Shown here: positions 38,053-47,346 of the stretch, piece after piece
Layout: each line of letters begins with the position of its first letter
Numbering within the stretch: the first letter of the stretch is position 1
Assembly (NCBI GenBank): GCA_965277805.1
Contig: OZ255842.1
Location: 2,880,001-2,944,000, forward strand
DNA: 64,000 nucleotides
Direction: 5' to 3'
Origin: Candidatus Lustribacter sp.
GTDB taxonomy: Bacteria > Vulcanimicrobiota > Vulcanimicrobiia > Vulcanimicrobiales > Vulcanimicrobiaceae
The notes under the pieces: model-generated
What the model saw: the letters and a program-made list of their open reading frames with translations, nothing else
Told to the model about the DNA's origin: nothing
The model's database searches: none
Translations under genes and position numbers: made by a program

Positions 38053-39270
38053 TTACGTATTGCTGCCCCAGGCTCCAACCGGCGGCTTGAGAATAGGATC
38101 GACCCCATCGTTTGCGAATGCCGGATCGTTCGTATCTTGCAAAGGTGTCGACACAGCGTTGCCGGAGCTCGGCGCGACCGCCGCGACGTAGAATACAAGC
38201 GTATAGGCCAATCCGCATACTTGCTGTGGGGGAATGAACGTGACATCCAGCCACTTCGACTTTACCTCACCGACCTCGATCGCGTACGAACCCCACGGCG
38301 CTCCGTCTCGCCAAACATCAAGGATGACTGAGAAACTGCCGCCTGGATCGGTGATCGGCGTATGCGTTCCGCAGCCCTGACGGGTAACCGCATTCCCCGT
38401 GATGTGAATCGGATTGGATTCGAGGCAACTCGAAAATCCGATTGGGTCCGGGGTGCTGGCAACGCAGGCGGCTGGCGCAATTGGCGTAGAGGTCGGAAGA
38501 GCATCGAACTCACAATTCGGCGGTTGACCGGCGTAGCCGGGCGGACACGTACTTGGTCCGCTCGGAGTTGGCACGGCGAGCACATCGCAGACACCTGGAG
38601 TCGTAAGATCGGCAGCGTACCCCGCCGGACACGACGCGGGCGGTGGCGTGATGAGCGCGAGCGTGCACGTTTCGGTGCCGGGACAGGTTGGGCTCGGAAG
38701 CGGCTGCGCGGACGGTGCTTGCGGCGGCGTCTCAAACGCGACCGGCATGCTGCTGCTGAGCGGGACCTGACAGGGGATCGTAACGTTCCGCACATCGGTC
38801 GCATAGGCGAGATGCAGAACAAACGCACCGCTTGCCGGACATGAGTGACTCGTTCCGTTTGTCCGGCCGGCGACGAAATTCGCGAACGCGGTGATCGAGC
38901 CGTGGCTGTCGATTGCGAACGCGAATCCCGGCGCGCCGAGCGGTGCGGCAGTTTCGCTGATTGCGACCGTGCTGTCGTACGATGGTCCGCTGCGCGCTGC
39001 AAACGCGGGATCGCCCGGCATGCGCGCGTAAACGCGTGCGCGATAACCGCTGCCGGTTTGCGCCGGCGCGAACACGACGGTCGCCGCATCAAAGGCAATC
39101 GCCGTGCGGCGCGCTTCGTCGAAAACCGCGCCGACGTCTCGGCCGGCGGACGCGACCGCCGGCGAAGCGCCGGCGAGAAACAACGTGCCGATCGTTCCGA
39201 CGACGATCACGACGATTGCCGTCACCACGATCGTTTCGATCAGCGTGAATCCCGCCTCGCCCCGCCGCAT
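38053..39270 (-). CDS. Prepilin-type protein (FimT/FimU-like) with long Pro/Cys-rich C-terminal extension
   Basis: MRRGEAG|FTLIETIVVTAIVV, then EARRTA; CPAGY and CPPGY repeats later. Confidence 0.82.
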   Translation of the reverse strand: MRRGEAGFTLIETIVVTAIVVIVVGTIGTLFLAGASPAVASAGRDVGAVFDEARRTAIAFDAATVVFAPAQTGSGYRARVYARMPGDPAFAARSGPSYDSTVAISETAAPLGAPGFAFAIDSHGSITAFANFVAGRTNGTSHSCPASGAFVLHLAYATDVRNVTIPCQVPLSSSMPVAFETPPQAPSAQPLPSPTCPGTETCTLALITPPPASCPAGYAADLTTPGVCDVLAVPTPSGPSTCPPGYAGQPPNCEFDALPTSTPIAPAACVASTPDPIGFSSCLESNPIHITGNAVTRQGCGTHTPITDPGGSFSVILDVWRDGAPWGSYAIEVGEVKSKWLDVTFIPPQQVCGLAYTLVFYVAAVAPSSGNAVSTPLQDTNDPAFANDGVDPILKPPVGAWGSNT

Positions 39271-39300
39271 ACGCGGCTTAGTGCCGCAACGGGCCCGCGA

Positions 39301-40272
39301 TCATTCCTTCGGCGTGACCGGGTTTACGGGAGCGCGGCCGGCGAGGACCGCGATGACGTTTTCAGCCGCCATCAGGGCCATCTTGGTGCGGGTTTCTGTG
39401 GTGGCGGATCCGATGTGCGGGGCAAGGACGGTATTCGGTGCGGCGAGCAGCGCCGGATCGACGGCGGGTTCGCGTTCGAACACGTCGATGCCGGCGCCGC
39501 GGATTGCGCCGGAGGTAAGCGCACGCGCCAGCGCCGTTTCGTCGATCACCGGGCCGCGTGCGGTATTGATGACGAACGCCGATTGCTTCATCAGCGCGAA
39601 CTCCGCATCGCTCAGGTAGTGGCGCGTAGCCGGCGTCAGCGGCAGATGCAGCGAGAGCACGTCGCTCGATGCCAGCAACGCTTCTTTATCGACAAAGTGC
39701 GCGCCCGTCTCTTCTTCGATCGCCTGCGCGACGCGGCGCGAGTTCGCATAGATGACGTGCATGCCGAACCCGCGGCCGCGGCGCGCAACCGCGGTGCCGA
39801 TCCGTCCGAAGCCGGCGATGCCGAGCGTGCGTCCGGCCAGCTCCGCACCGTGAAACTCCATCATCATCCACTCGCGGAACCGGCCCTCCCGCACGTAGCG
39901 GTCGGCCGGAACAACATTTCTCGCCACGGCGAGCAAGAGCGCCCAAGCGAAGTCCGCCGTCGCGTCGGTGAGCACGCCGGGTGTGTTGGTCACCGTCACA
40001 CCGCGGCGCGCCGCAGCCGCGACGTCGATGTTGTCGTAACCGACCGCAACGTTGGCCACAACTTTGAGCTTGGGACATTGGGCCAGGATAGAATCGTCGA
40101 TCCGATCGGTGAGCAGCGACACCATCGCGTCCGCGTTGCGCGCGTGCGAAACCAGTTCTTCCGGGGTATAGCCAACGTCGGCGCCGTTGGCGTCCACGGT
40201 TGCGTGGGTGGCAAGCAGCTCCAGCGCCTCACGCGGGACGGCTCGCGTGACCACGACCATAGGTTTCGCCAT
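39301..40272 (-). CDS. gyaR: Glyoxylate reductase / D-glycerate dehydrogenase (D-2-hydroxyacid dehydrogenase)
   Basis: AVGYDNID, NTPGVLTDATAD, GFGRIG, INTARG, DVFEREP, PHIGSAT. Confidence 0.9.
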   Translation of the reverse strand: MAKPMVVVTRAVPREALELLATHATVDANGADVGYTPEELVSHARNADAMVSLLTDRIDDSILAQCPKLKVVANVAVGYDNIDVAAAARRGVTVTNTPGVLTDATADFAWALLLAVARNVVPADRYVREGRFREWMMMEFHGAELAGRTLGIAGFGRIGTAVARRGRGFGMHVIYANSRRVAQAIEEETGAHFVDKEALLASSDVLSLHLPLTPATRHYLSDAEFALMKQSAFVINTARGPVIDETALARALTSGAIRGAGIDVFEREPAVDPALLAAPNTVLAPHIGSATTETRTKMALMAAENVIAVLAGRAPVNPVTPKE

Positions 40273-40298
40273 TTCACCCTCCGAAAGCGTGGCACCAC

Positions 40299-41651
40299 AT
40301 GCGCACCGAGATAGACACGTCGATCTTCAAGAGTTACGACATCCGCGGCATCGTTCCGGCGCAACTCAACGAGGATATCGCCTACGCGATCGGCCGCGCG
40401 TTCGTCGAGGTGCTCGACCGTAAGAATATCTGCATCGGCCGCGACATGCGGCCCTCGGGCGAAGCGTTCATGGCAGCCCTCTCGCGCGGCGCGACCGATG
40501 CAGGCGCCGACGTTACCCAGGTCGGCCTGATCTCCACCGATGCCATCTACTTCGCCGTCGGGCACTACGGCTTCGACGGCGGCATCATGATCACGGCGTC
40601 GCACAATCCGGCCCAGTACAATGGCTTCAAGTTTTGCCGCGAAGAAGCGATCGCGATCTCGATCGAAACGGGCTTAGCCGAAATTCGCGACAAAGCGATC
40701 GCGGGCGATTTCAAACCCGCCGCGGCGCACAAGGGCACGGTCAAGCAGCAAGACATCCTCGAAGGCTTCGCCGATCACTGCCTCTCCTTCATCGACGACA
40801 TCAGCGCGATCAAGCCGTTCACGATTGCGATCGACGCCGGCAACGGCATGGCGGGCGAAACGGTGCCGCGCGTGTTCTCGCGCTTGCCGTGCAAGATCAT
40901 TCCGATGTACTTCGATCTCGACGGCACGTTTCCGAATCATCCGGCGAGCCCGATCGAACCCGAAAACATGGTCGACTTACAAAAAGCGGTCACCGCGAAC
41001 AAATGTGATTTCGGGGTTGCGTTCGACGGCGATGCCGACCGGATGTTCCTGGTCGATGAGAAAGCGCAACTGATCGGCGGCGACATCGTCACCGCGCTCG
41101 TCGGCATCGATACGATCCGGCTCAATCCCGGCGCGAAGATTCTTTATAACCTGATCTGCAGCCGCAGCGTTCCCGAGGCGATCGAGAAAGCCGGCGGGGT
41201 TGCGGTTCGCTCGAAAGTCGGGCACTCGTTCATCAAGAAGACGATGCGCGACGAAGACATTCCATTCGGCGGTGAACATTCGGGGCATTTCTATTTCAAG
41301 CGCAACTGGTTCGCCGACTCCGGAATGATCGCGCTGATGCAGTGCCTGAACGTCTTCAGCCGCGCGTCGGGTCCGGTGTCGAGCGTGATCGCGCCGATCG
41401 ACAAGCGAGCGCGTTCCGGTGAAGTCAACTCGCAGGTCAAAGACATTCCGCAGACCTTGCAAAAGCTGCAAGATCATTTCAAGGGTGCGAAGATCGACTT
41501 CCTCGACGGCGTCACGATCCAGTACGACGACTGGTGGATGAACGTCCGGCCATCGAACACCGAACCGTTACTGCGTCTCAACGTCGAAGGTGACAGCCAG
41601 GACGTGATGGAGCGCCACCGGGACGAGGCGCTCGCCATCATCCGAGGCTAA
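40299..41651 (+). CDS. manB: Phosphomannomutase/phosphoglucomutase
   Basis: FKSYDIRG, TASHNP, FDGDADR, GGEHSGH, RPSNTEP. Confidence 0.93.
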   Translation: MRTEIDTSIFKSYDIRGIVPAQLNEDIAYAIGRAFVEVLDRKNICIGRDMRPSGEAFMAALSRGATDAGADVTQVGLISTDAIYFAVGHYGFDGGIMITASHNPAQYNGFKFCREEAIAISIETGLAEIRDKAIAGDFKPAAAHKGTVKQQDILEGFADHCLSFIDDISAIKPFTIAIDAGNGMAGETVPRVFSRLPCKIIPMYFDLDGTFPNHPASPIEPENMVDLQKAVTANKCDFGVAFDGDADRMFLVDEKAQLIGGDIVTALVGIDTIRLNPGAKILYNLICSRSVPEAIEKAGGVAVRSKVGHSFIKKTMRDEDIPFGGEHSGHFYFKRNWFADSGMIALMQCLNVFSRASGPVSSVIAPIDKRARSGEVNSQVKDIPQTLQKLQDHFKGAKIDFLDGVTIQYDDWWMNVRPSNTEPLLRLNVEGDSQDVMERHRDEALAIIRG

Positions 41652-44441
41652 GTGGCGGACGCCCTCGCCCGCTACGCGTCGGCACGCGATGACGTCGCCG
41701 TGCTGCTCGAGGAATTGTCGGCGTCGCTCGAACCGGTCGCGCATTGGCACGGCGCCGACGACGATCTCCGCGAACTGCGCCGCTACGCCGAACGGCTGCG
41801 CACTGGGCGCTTCGTCTTGGCGGTCGTCGGCGAGTTCTCGAGCGGCAAATCGTTCTTGCTCAACGCTTTGCTCGGCAAGATCGCACTCGAGGAACGGGCC
41901 GGCTCGACGCGCATCACGGGTCTGCTCGCAACCGACATCAACCCCTCGACCGCGACGATCACCGAGTTGTCCTACGCCCAAGAAGAAACCGCCACGGCGT
42001 ACTATCCGAGCGGACGCACCGAACGCGTTCCGATGGCCGGCCTCGCGCGTTTCGTTGCGGTCGGCGGCGTGGGCGGCGAGGGAAAACTGCACGACGCGAC
42101 CGACGACGAGAGCGACGCGCCCTCACTCGTGCGCATAGGCGTCGCGTCGCCGTTTCTGGCCAACGGTTTTGTCGTTGCCGATACGCCGGGCCTCGCGTCG
42201 ATCAATCCCGCCCACCGGCGGGCGACGCTGTCCTACTTGCCCGGCGCCGATGCCGTCCTCTACCTGATCGACACGCAACAGCCGTTCACCGACGGCGACG
42301 CGTCGTTTCTCGGCATCATCCGCCGCTACATCGAGAGCATGTTCATCGTGCAGACGAAGATCGATCTGTGGCGCATGACCGATCCTGCCGGCGGACGCGA
42401 AGCGTGGCAAGCCGCGGCCGCGCGCATCGTCGCGCAAGCCGCCGTGCATGCGCCGGATACGCCGGTCTTCCCGCTCTCGGCGCGCGAGTATGCCGAAGGT
42501 TTGCTCACCGGCAACGCGGAGCTGATGGCGCAGAGCCGGTTCGCCGAATTCTTCGCCGCGCTCGACGCCTCGCTCGTCGCCACGACCGGTCGTTCGCGTC
42601 TGCGCCGCGCGGCGGCGGAAGCACGGCGCATCGCAACCCGCGCGGCCGACGCGCTGGCGCTCGACGTTGCGGCGCTCGCCACCGATGCCGCGACGCTCAC
42701 GTCCGAACGCGCCGCTCTCGAGCCGCTGCTCGCCGCCGTCGACTCCGCGGCCGAAGCGGGGCGCGACGCGCTGAACACGACGGGCACGCAACTGCACGCG
42801 CAGATCGCGGACGCCGGTTCGGCGATGCGCGACGCGCTGCACCGTATGCTCTCGCGCGCCTTCGACACGACCGACATCGCACGCTTGCGCGATCGTGCGA
42901 AGCTGCACATCGTGGTCGACGAAACGCTCGCCAGCGTGATGGGCCGCTTCGCCGGCGACGTCGCCGATCTCACCGCGAAGCGTCTGCGCGCGGCATCGCG
43001 CGCTGCCGTCGCGCCGATCGTCGCCGACGTCGCAGCCGGAACGCGCCTGGCACCGATTCTCGCCGCCGTCGCGGCCGAACGTCTACCCGTTACCGCTGAT
43101 GCGGCGCGCGCCTTCGGTGCCGATGCGTCGAGCGGCGCGTGGAGCGTGGATCTCGAAACGGGCTTGCGCGGCACGATCGTGCTCAGCGCGCTCGGCGGGC
43201 CGTCGGTTTCGCTCGTCACCGCAATCGGCGACCGCTTCGCCGGGTCGCCCGGCGGCCAGTACATGAAGCGCGAATTGATCGCCGACCTCAACAGCGGTCT
43301 CTACGATGCATTCGATGCCGAAGTCGCACGCTTCGTCGACGACGTGGGCGCGCGCGTCGAACGCGTTGCCGGCGGATTGGGCGAACGCGTTGCCGCGATT
43401 GCGCGCCGCGTGCGCAGCGAAGCGCTGGGCTCGATCGATCGCGCGCTCGCGGCCGGCGACGATGCCGCCGGCACCGCAGACATCGCGCAGCGCTTCAGCG
43501 CTTCAGCCGAGGCCGTTGCGAGCCTCGCCACCCGGATTGAGGCGCAGAGCGAGCGCTTCGCCCGCGAGAGCCGCGCCGAACGCAACGAACACGCCGACGC
43601 GGCCATTCCGCTCGATCCCGACGCCGGACGCGAGCGCGTCGATCCGTCCGGCGTGCGCTTCGATCCGCATACCTACGAGCACGGCCTGCGTCCCGAGCGT
43701 TGGCGTGTCGCCGTGATCGGCGCGTTCAAGCGCGGGAAGTCGAGTTTAATCAACGCCATCGCCGGTACGCGCGTGCTGCCGGACGAGGGGTCGGCGATGG
43801 AACTTCGCTTTCCGGTGCACATTCGGTACGGCGCCGTACCAAGGACGTACGCGCTGTCCGATGATGCCGCGTGGGACGAAATTCCCGTTGCCGTGCTGGC
43901 CGAAGCCGCGCTGCGCACCCCGGTGCTGGTCGAGACGCCGTGGGATCTGCCGCGCGAACTCGTGCTCGTACACGCGCCACCGTTCGACTCCGGCTTTCCG
44001 TTGGCCGAGGATATCGTCGGCGCGGCCGCGGCCGGTGCAAGCGAGATCCTCGCGCTCTTCTCGCGTCAATTCTCCGAACGCGAACTCGAATTGTACAGTC
44101 GGCTCGCTCCGCTCGGCAAGCCGATGACGTTTGTCCACACAATCGCGGACAACGAAACCCCCGACGACCGGCGGAATGTCGTACGGCTTGCAGACCGGTA
44201 TCTACGAGAACGCGGGATTGTGCCGCAGCGCATGCTTACGGTATCGACACGCGAAAATGGTGCCTGGAACGAATTAGGGGCGTTGCGCGCAACGCTGGTT
44301 GCCCATGCCGAGGAACATATGGAACGTCTGAGACGAGCCGACCGGGAACGCGCCGAGCAGGAACGCTTGGCCGCCGCCGTCACCACGGGGGGCGAAAAAC
44401 GGCGGCGTTCCCTCTTCGACCGGCTGCTGGGCCGGGCGTAA
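41652..44441 (+). CDS. Bacterial dynamin-like protein with two GTPase domains
   Basis: Domain 1: GEFSSGKS, PSTA, DTPG, TKID, SAR. Helical stalk with a hydrophobic paddle. Domain 2: GAFKRGKSSLINA. Confidence 0.85.
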   Translation: MADALARYASARDDVAVLLEELSASLEPVAHWHGADDDLRELRRYAERLRTGRFVLAVVGEFSSGKSFLLNALLGKIALEERAGSTRITGLLATDINPSTATITELSYAQEETATAYYPSGRTERVPMAGLARFVAVGGVGGEGKLHDATDDESDAPSLVRIGVASPFLANGFVVADTPGLASINPAHRRATLSYLPGADAVLYLIDTQQPFTDGDASFLGIIRRYIESMFIVQTKIDLWRMTDPAGGREAWQAAAARIVAQAAVHAPDTPVFPLSAREYAEGLLTGNAELMAQSRFAEFFAALDASLVATTGRSRLRRAAAEARRIATRAADALALDVAALATDAATLTSERAALEPLLAAVDSAAEAGRDALNTTGTQLHAQIADAGSAMRDALHRMLSRAFDTTDIARLRDRAKLHIVVDETLASVMGRFAGDVADLTAKRLRAASRAAVAPIVADVAAGTRLAPILAAVAAERLPVTADAARAFGADASSGAWSVDLETGLRGTIVLSALGGPSVSLVTAIGDRFAGSPGGQYMKRELIADLNSGLYDAFDAEVARFVDDVGARVERVAGGLGERVAAIARRVRSEALGSIDRALAAGDDAAGTADIAQRFSASAEAVASLATRIEAQSERFARESRAERNEHADAAIPLDPDAGRERVDPSGVRFDPHTYEHGLRPERWRVAVIGAFKRGKSSLINAIAGTRVLPDEGSAMELRFPVHIRYGAVPRTYALSDDAAWDEIPVAVLAEAALRTPVLVETPWDLPRELVLVHAPPFDSGFPLAEDIVGAAAAGASEILALFSRQFSERELELYSRLAPLGKPMTFVHTIADNETPDDRRNVVRLADRYLRERGIVPQRMLTVSTRENGAWNELGALRATLVAHAEEHMERLRRADRERAEQERLAAAVTTGGEKRRRSLFDRLLGRA

Positions 44442-44492
44442 AAGGCGGCGATCTCCAGGGTGCCGTTTTCAACCTCGCGAAATGAGGCGGGC

Positions 44493-45662
44493 GTGTCCGA
44501 AACCTCCTTTGTTCTAGGTCCGGCCCAAGTGGCGTGCGGCGACGGCACAACCGTGTACGGCCGCGTCGCGGTCGAGCAGGGGCGCATCACTCAGCTTCTC
44601 CCGGACGATGGCCCAAGCGACCTCGTTCCGCCGACCGGCGCGATCATCGCGCCCGGCTTGATCGACGTTCACACCAACGGCGCCGACGACGTGCTGTTCA
44701 ACCGCGATCAAGGCAACGCCGTCGACGTCGCCACGCGCGCCTACGCCCGCATGGGCGCCACCGGCTACGTGGCCGGCGTGATGACCGCGCCGTGGGAATC
44801 GATGATCCACGCCGGCAGCGAAATTTCGGAAGCGGCAAACCAGCTGGAAGAATCCGGACACTATCCGGGAGCGCGCTGTTTGGGCGTGCATTTCGAAGGC
44901 CCGTTCATCAATCCAAAATTCCGCCGCGTTCACCGTGCTGACTGGATCGTTCCGGCCACGCTCGATCGCGCGCACGAAATGATCGAAGCCTGCCGCGGCG
45001 CACTCGTGATGGTGACGATGGCGCCCGAGCAAGACGGCGTCGATGAACTGACACGCCTCTTCTTCGATCAGGGCATCGTGTGTTCGGCCGGCCACACGTC
45101 GGCGCATTACCGCGAAGGCGTGCTCGCGATCGGATTAGGCTTCCGCACGCTCACGCATGCCTTCAACGCGATGCCGCCGCTCGATCATCGCGATCCGTCG
45201 ATCCTCGCGGCATTCATGCAAGAAGAACGCACGACGGTGCAGTTGATCTGCGACGGTTACCATGTCTCGCCGCCGATGGTCGATCTGCTCTATCGCACGC
45301 TTGGCGACCGGCTCGTGCTCACCACCGACAACATGCCGCCGGCCGGCAGCAACTACCGCATCGAAGGCGGCGTCGTCCGCTCCGAAGACGGCACGATCGC
45401 CGGCAGCGCGCTGCACATCGATCAAGCCGTCCGCAATCTGATGATGTACGCCGGCATCCCGTTCGAGGCGGCGATCGTTCACGCCACGCGCAGCCCGGCC
45501 CGCCTGCTCGGCCTCGAGCGCGAGATGGGCACCATTGCGCCGGGACGGCGCGCCGACATCGGGGTGTGGAGCGAAGAGCATCAGCCGCTGGCGACGATCG
45601 TCGGCGGTTCGATCGTGCACGGCGCCGCCCACCTCTACCGCCCCACGCGCGCCCGCGCTTAA
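44493..45662 (+). CDS. nagA: N-acetylglucosamine-6-phosphate deacetylase
   Basis: PGLIDVHTNG, HFEGPFI, GHT, THAFNAM, DGYH, TD, IAGS. GTG 44460 is an alternative start. Confidence 0.92.
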   Translation: MSETSFVLGPAQVACGDGTTVYGRVAVEQGRITQLLPDDGPSDLVPPTGAIIAPGLIDVHTNGADDVLFNRDQGNAVDVATRAYARMGATGYVAGVMTAPWESMIHAGSEISEAANQLEESGHYPGARCLGVHFEGPFINPKFRRVHRADWIVPATLDRAHEMIEACRGALVMVTMAPEQDGVDELTRLFFDQGIVCSAGHTSAHYREGVLAIGLGFRTLTHAFNAMPPLDHRDPSILAAFMQEERTTVQLICDGYHVSPPMVDLLYRTLGDRLVLTTDNMPPAGSNYRIEGGVVRSEDGTIAGSALHIDQAVRNLMMYAGIPFEAAIVHATRSPARLLGLEREMGTIAPGRRADIGVWSEEHQPLATIVGGSIVHGAAHLYRPTRARA

Positions 45663-45666
45663 CTGG

Positions 45667-46770
45667 CTGCTCGCCGCGCTCGGGCGCGGCACCGACGTCT
45701 ATCTCTTCCTGGCGGGCATGATGGCGCTGGCGGCCTATGCACAGCTCGCGGGCATCTTCGACTGGATCGCCGTGCGCACGTTACGCATCGCCGGAACGTC
45801 ACGCCTGCGGCTCTTCGCGCTCGTCTATGCGGCCGGCATCGTCACCACTGCCGTGCTCTCCAACGATGCGACGATCGTCGCGCTGACGCCGGCCGTCATC
45901 AGCATCCTGCGGCGCTATGATGCGCCGCCGCTGGCGTACGTCACCGCATGCGCGCTGGTCGCCAACGCGGCCAGCTTCGTGCTGCCGATTTCCAATCCGT
46001 CCAATCTGCTCGTCTTTGCCGGCCGGATGCCGGCGCTCACGACGTGGCTCGCGCTCTTCGGCTTGCCGTCGATTGCCGCAATCGCGATCACGTTTGCCGT
46101 CGCATGGTGGGCCTTTCGCCGCGATTTGTCCGGCCCCGGGGTCGTCGTCCCCGAGCGCCCTGCGCCGGCGCCGGAAGCGTTGCCGGTCGTGCTCGTGATC
46201 GCGTCGGCGATCGTCATCATCGCCACATCTGCGCGCGGCGGCGCGCTCGGGACGGCAGCATTCGCGTGCGGGGCGATCGCCTGCATTGCAGCGGCGTTGC
46301 GGCGCCCCGGCGACGCCGCAACGATCGTGCGTGAGATTTCGTGGCGCATCATCGCGCTGACCGCGGCGCTCTTCGTCATCGTCACGGCGCTTGACGACGC
46401 CGGAGGCTTCCATGCGAGCCGAAGCGCCCTCGCATGGTGCGCGGGCCTGCCGTTCCCAGGCTCCGCGCTCGCGGGCGGATTCCTCGTCGCGCTCGCATCG
46501 AATGCGATCAACAACTTGCCGGTCGGGCTGAACCTCGGCGAAACGCTGCCCGCCATGCACGCATCGGCGCACATGAGCGCGGCCGCGCTGATCGGCGTGA
46601 ACCTCGGACCGAATGCCACGGTAAACGGCTCGCTCGCGACGTTGATGTGGCTGCGCATCGTGCGGCGGGCGAACATCGCCGTGCCGCCGTTCGCCTTCGC
46701 GCGTATCGGACTGCTGGCGACGATTCCGGCACTCGCGGCAGCACTTCTGCTCAGCTTCCCGCCCCACTAG
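45667..46770 (+). CDS. ArsB/NhaD family membrane transporter, start codon uncertain
   Basis: GTDVYLFLAGMM, LSNDAT..LTP, NAASFVLPISNPSNL, NNLP, GVNLGPN..GSLATL.W. The first in-frame ATG is 45718; CTG 45667 is used here. Confidence 0.75.
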   Translation: MLAALGRGTDVYLFLAGMMALAAYAQLAGIFDWIAVRTLRIAGTSRLRLFALVYAAGIVTTAVLSNDATIVALTPAVISILRRYDAPPLAYVTACALVANAASFVLPISNPSNLLVFAGRMPALTTWLALFGLPSIAAIAITFAVAWWAFRRDLSGPGVVVPERPAPAPEALPVVLVIASAIVIIATSARGGALGTAAFACGAIACIAAALRRPGDAATIVREISWRIIALTAALFVIVTALDDAGGFHASRSALAWCAGLPFPGSALAGGFLVALASNAINNLPVGLNLGETLPAMHASAHMSAAALIGVNLGPNATVNGSLATLMWLRIVRRANIAVPPFAFARIGLLATIPALAAALLLSFPPH

Positions 46771-46804
46771 GCGACCCTTCTGCGGGCGCCGAAACCGACC
46801 GGCC

Positions 46805-47338
46805 GTGACCACGTTAGAAGCAATCGAACGGCTCTTCACGGAACCGGCCCTTGACCCGGCGTGGTTCAGCGCAACGTTCCTCGCGGCCGTGCCGATGGAG
46901 AAGGCAGCTTCGATTCTTTCCGACCTCAGCGGTACGCTCGGCGCGTATCAAGCCATCGCCCCGAACGGAACGAGCTTCGCGCTGACGTTCGCCAAAGGTT
47001 CGGTTCAGGCCGAGGCGACGCTCGATGACGACGGCGCCTTCGCGACGCTCACGTTCAACCGCATGCAATGCAAGATGGCCGAGGAACGCATCACCGCCCT
47101 CTTGCAGGCGAGCCAGGTTCCGACGGCCTGGTTCGACGATTTGTTTTTAGCGGCGGTGCCGATGGACAATATCGTCGCAATGCTCGAAGGCATCAAGGCG
47201 CAGTCCGGCGCGTTCCGGAACATCTTCCCCACCGGCGACGGCACCTACGACGTGATGCTTGCGAAGGGACGCTACAGCGCGCGCATCTACCTCGGCCGCG
47301 ACGGCAAGATCCTCGGCCTCATTTTCAACCCACGATAG
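46805..47338 (+). CDS. Hypothetical protein made of two tandem ~85-aa repeats (Cpe/LpqF N-terminal-like)
   Basis: AWFSATFLAAVPME..LGAY..LDDDG vs AWFDDLFLAAVPMD..SGAF..LGRDG. Confidence 0.75.
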   Translation: MTTLEAIERLFTEPALDPAWFSATFLAAVPMEKAASILSDLSGTLGAYQAIAPNGTSFALTFAKGSVQAEATLDDDGAFATLTFNRMQCKMAEERITALLQASQVPTAWFDDLFLAAVPMDNIVAMLEGIKAQSGAFRNIFPTGDGTYDVMLAKGRYSARIYLGRDGKILGLIFNPR

Positions 47339-47346
47339 GGGCGCAT

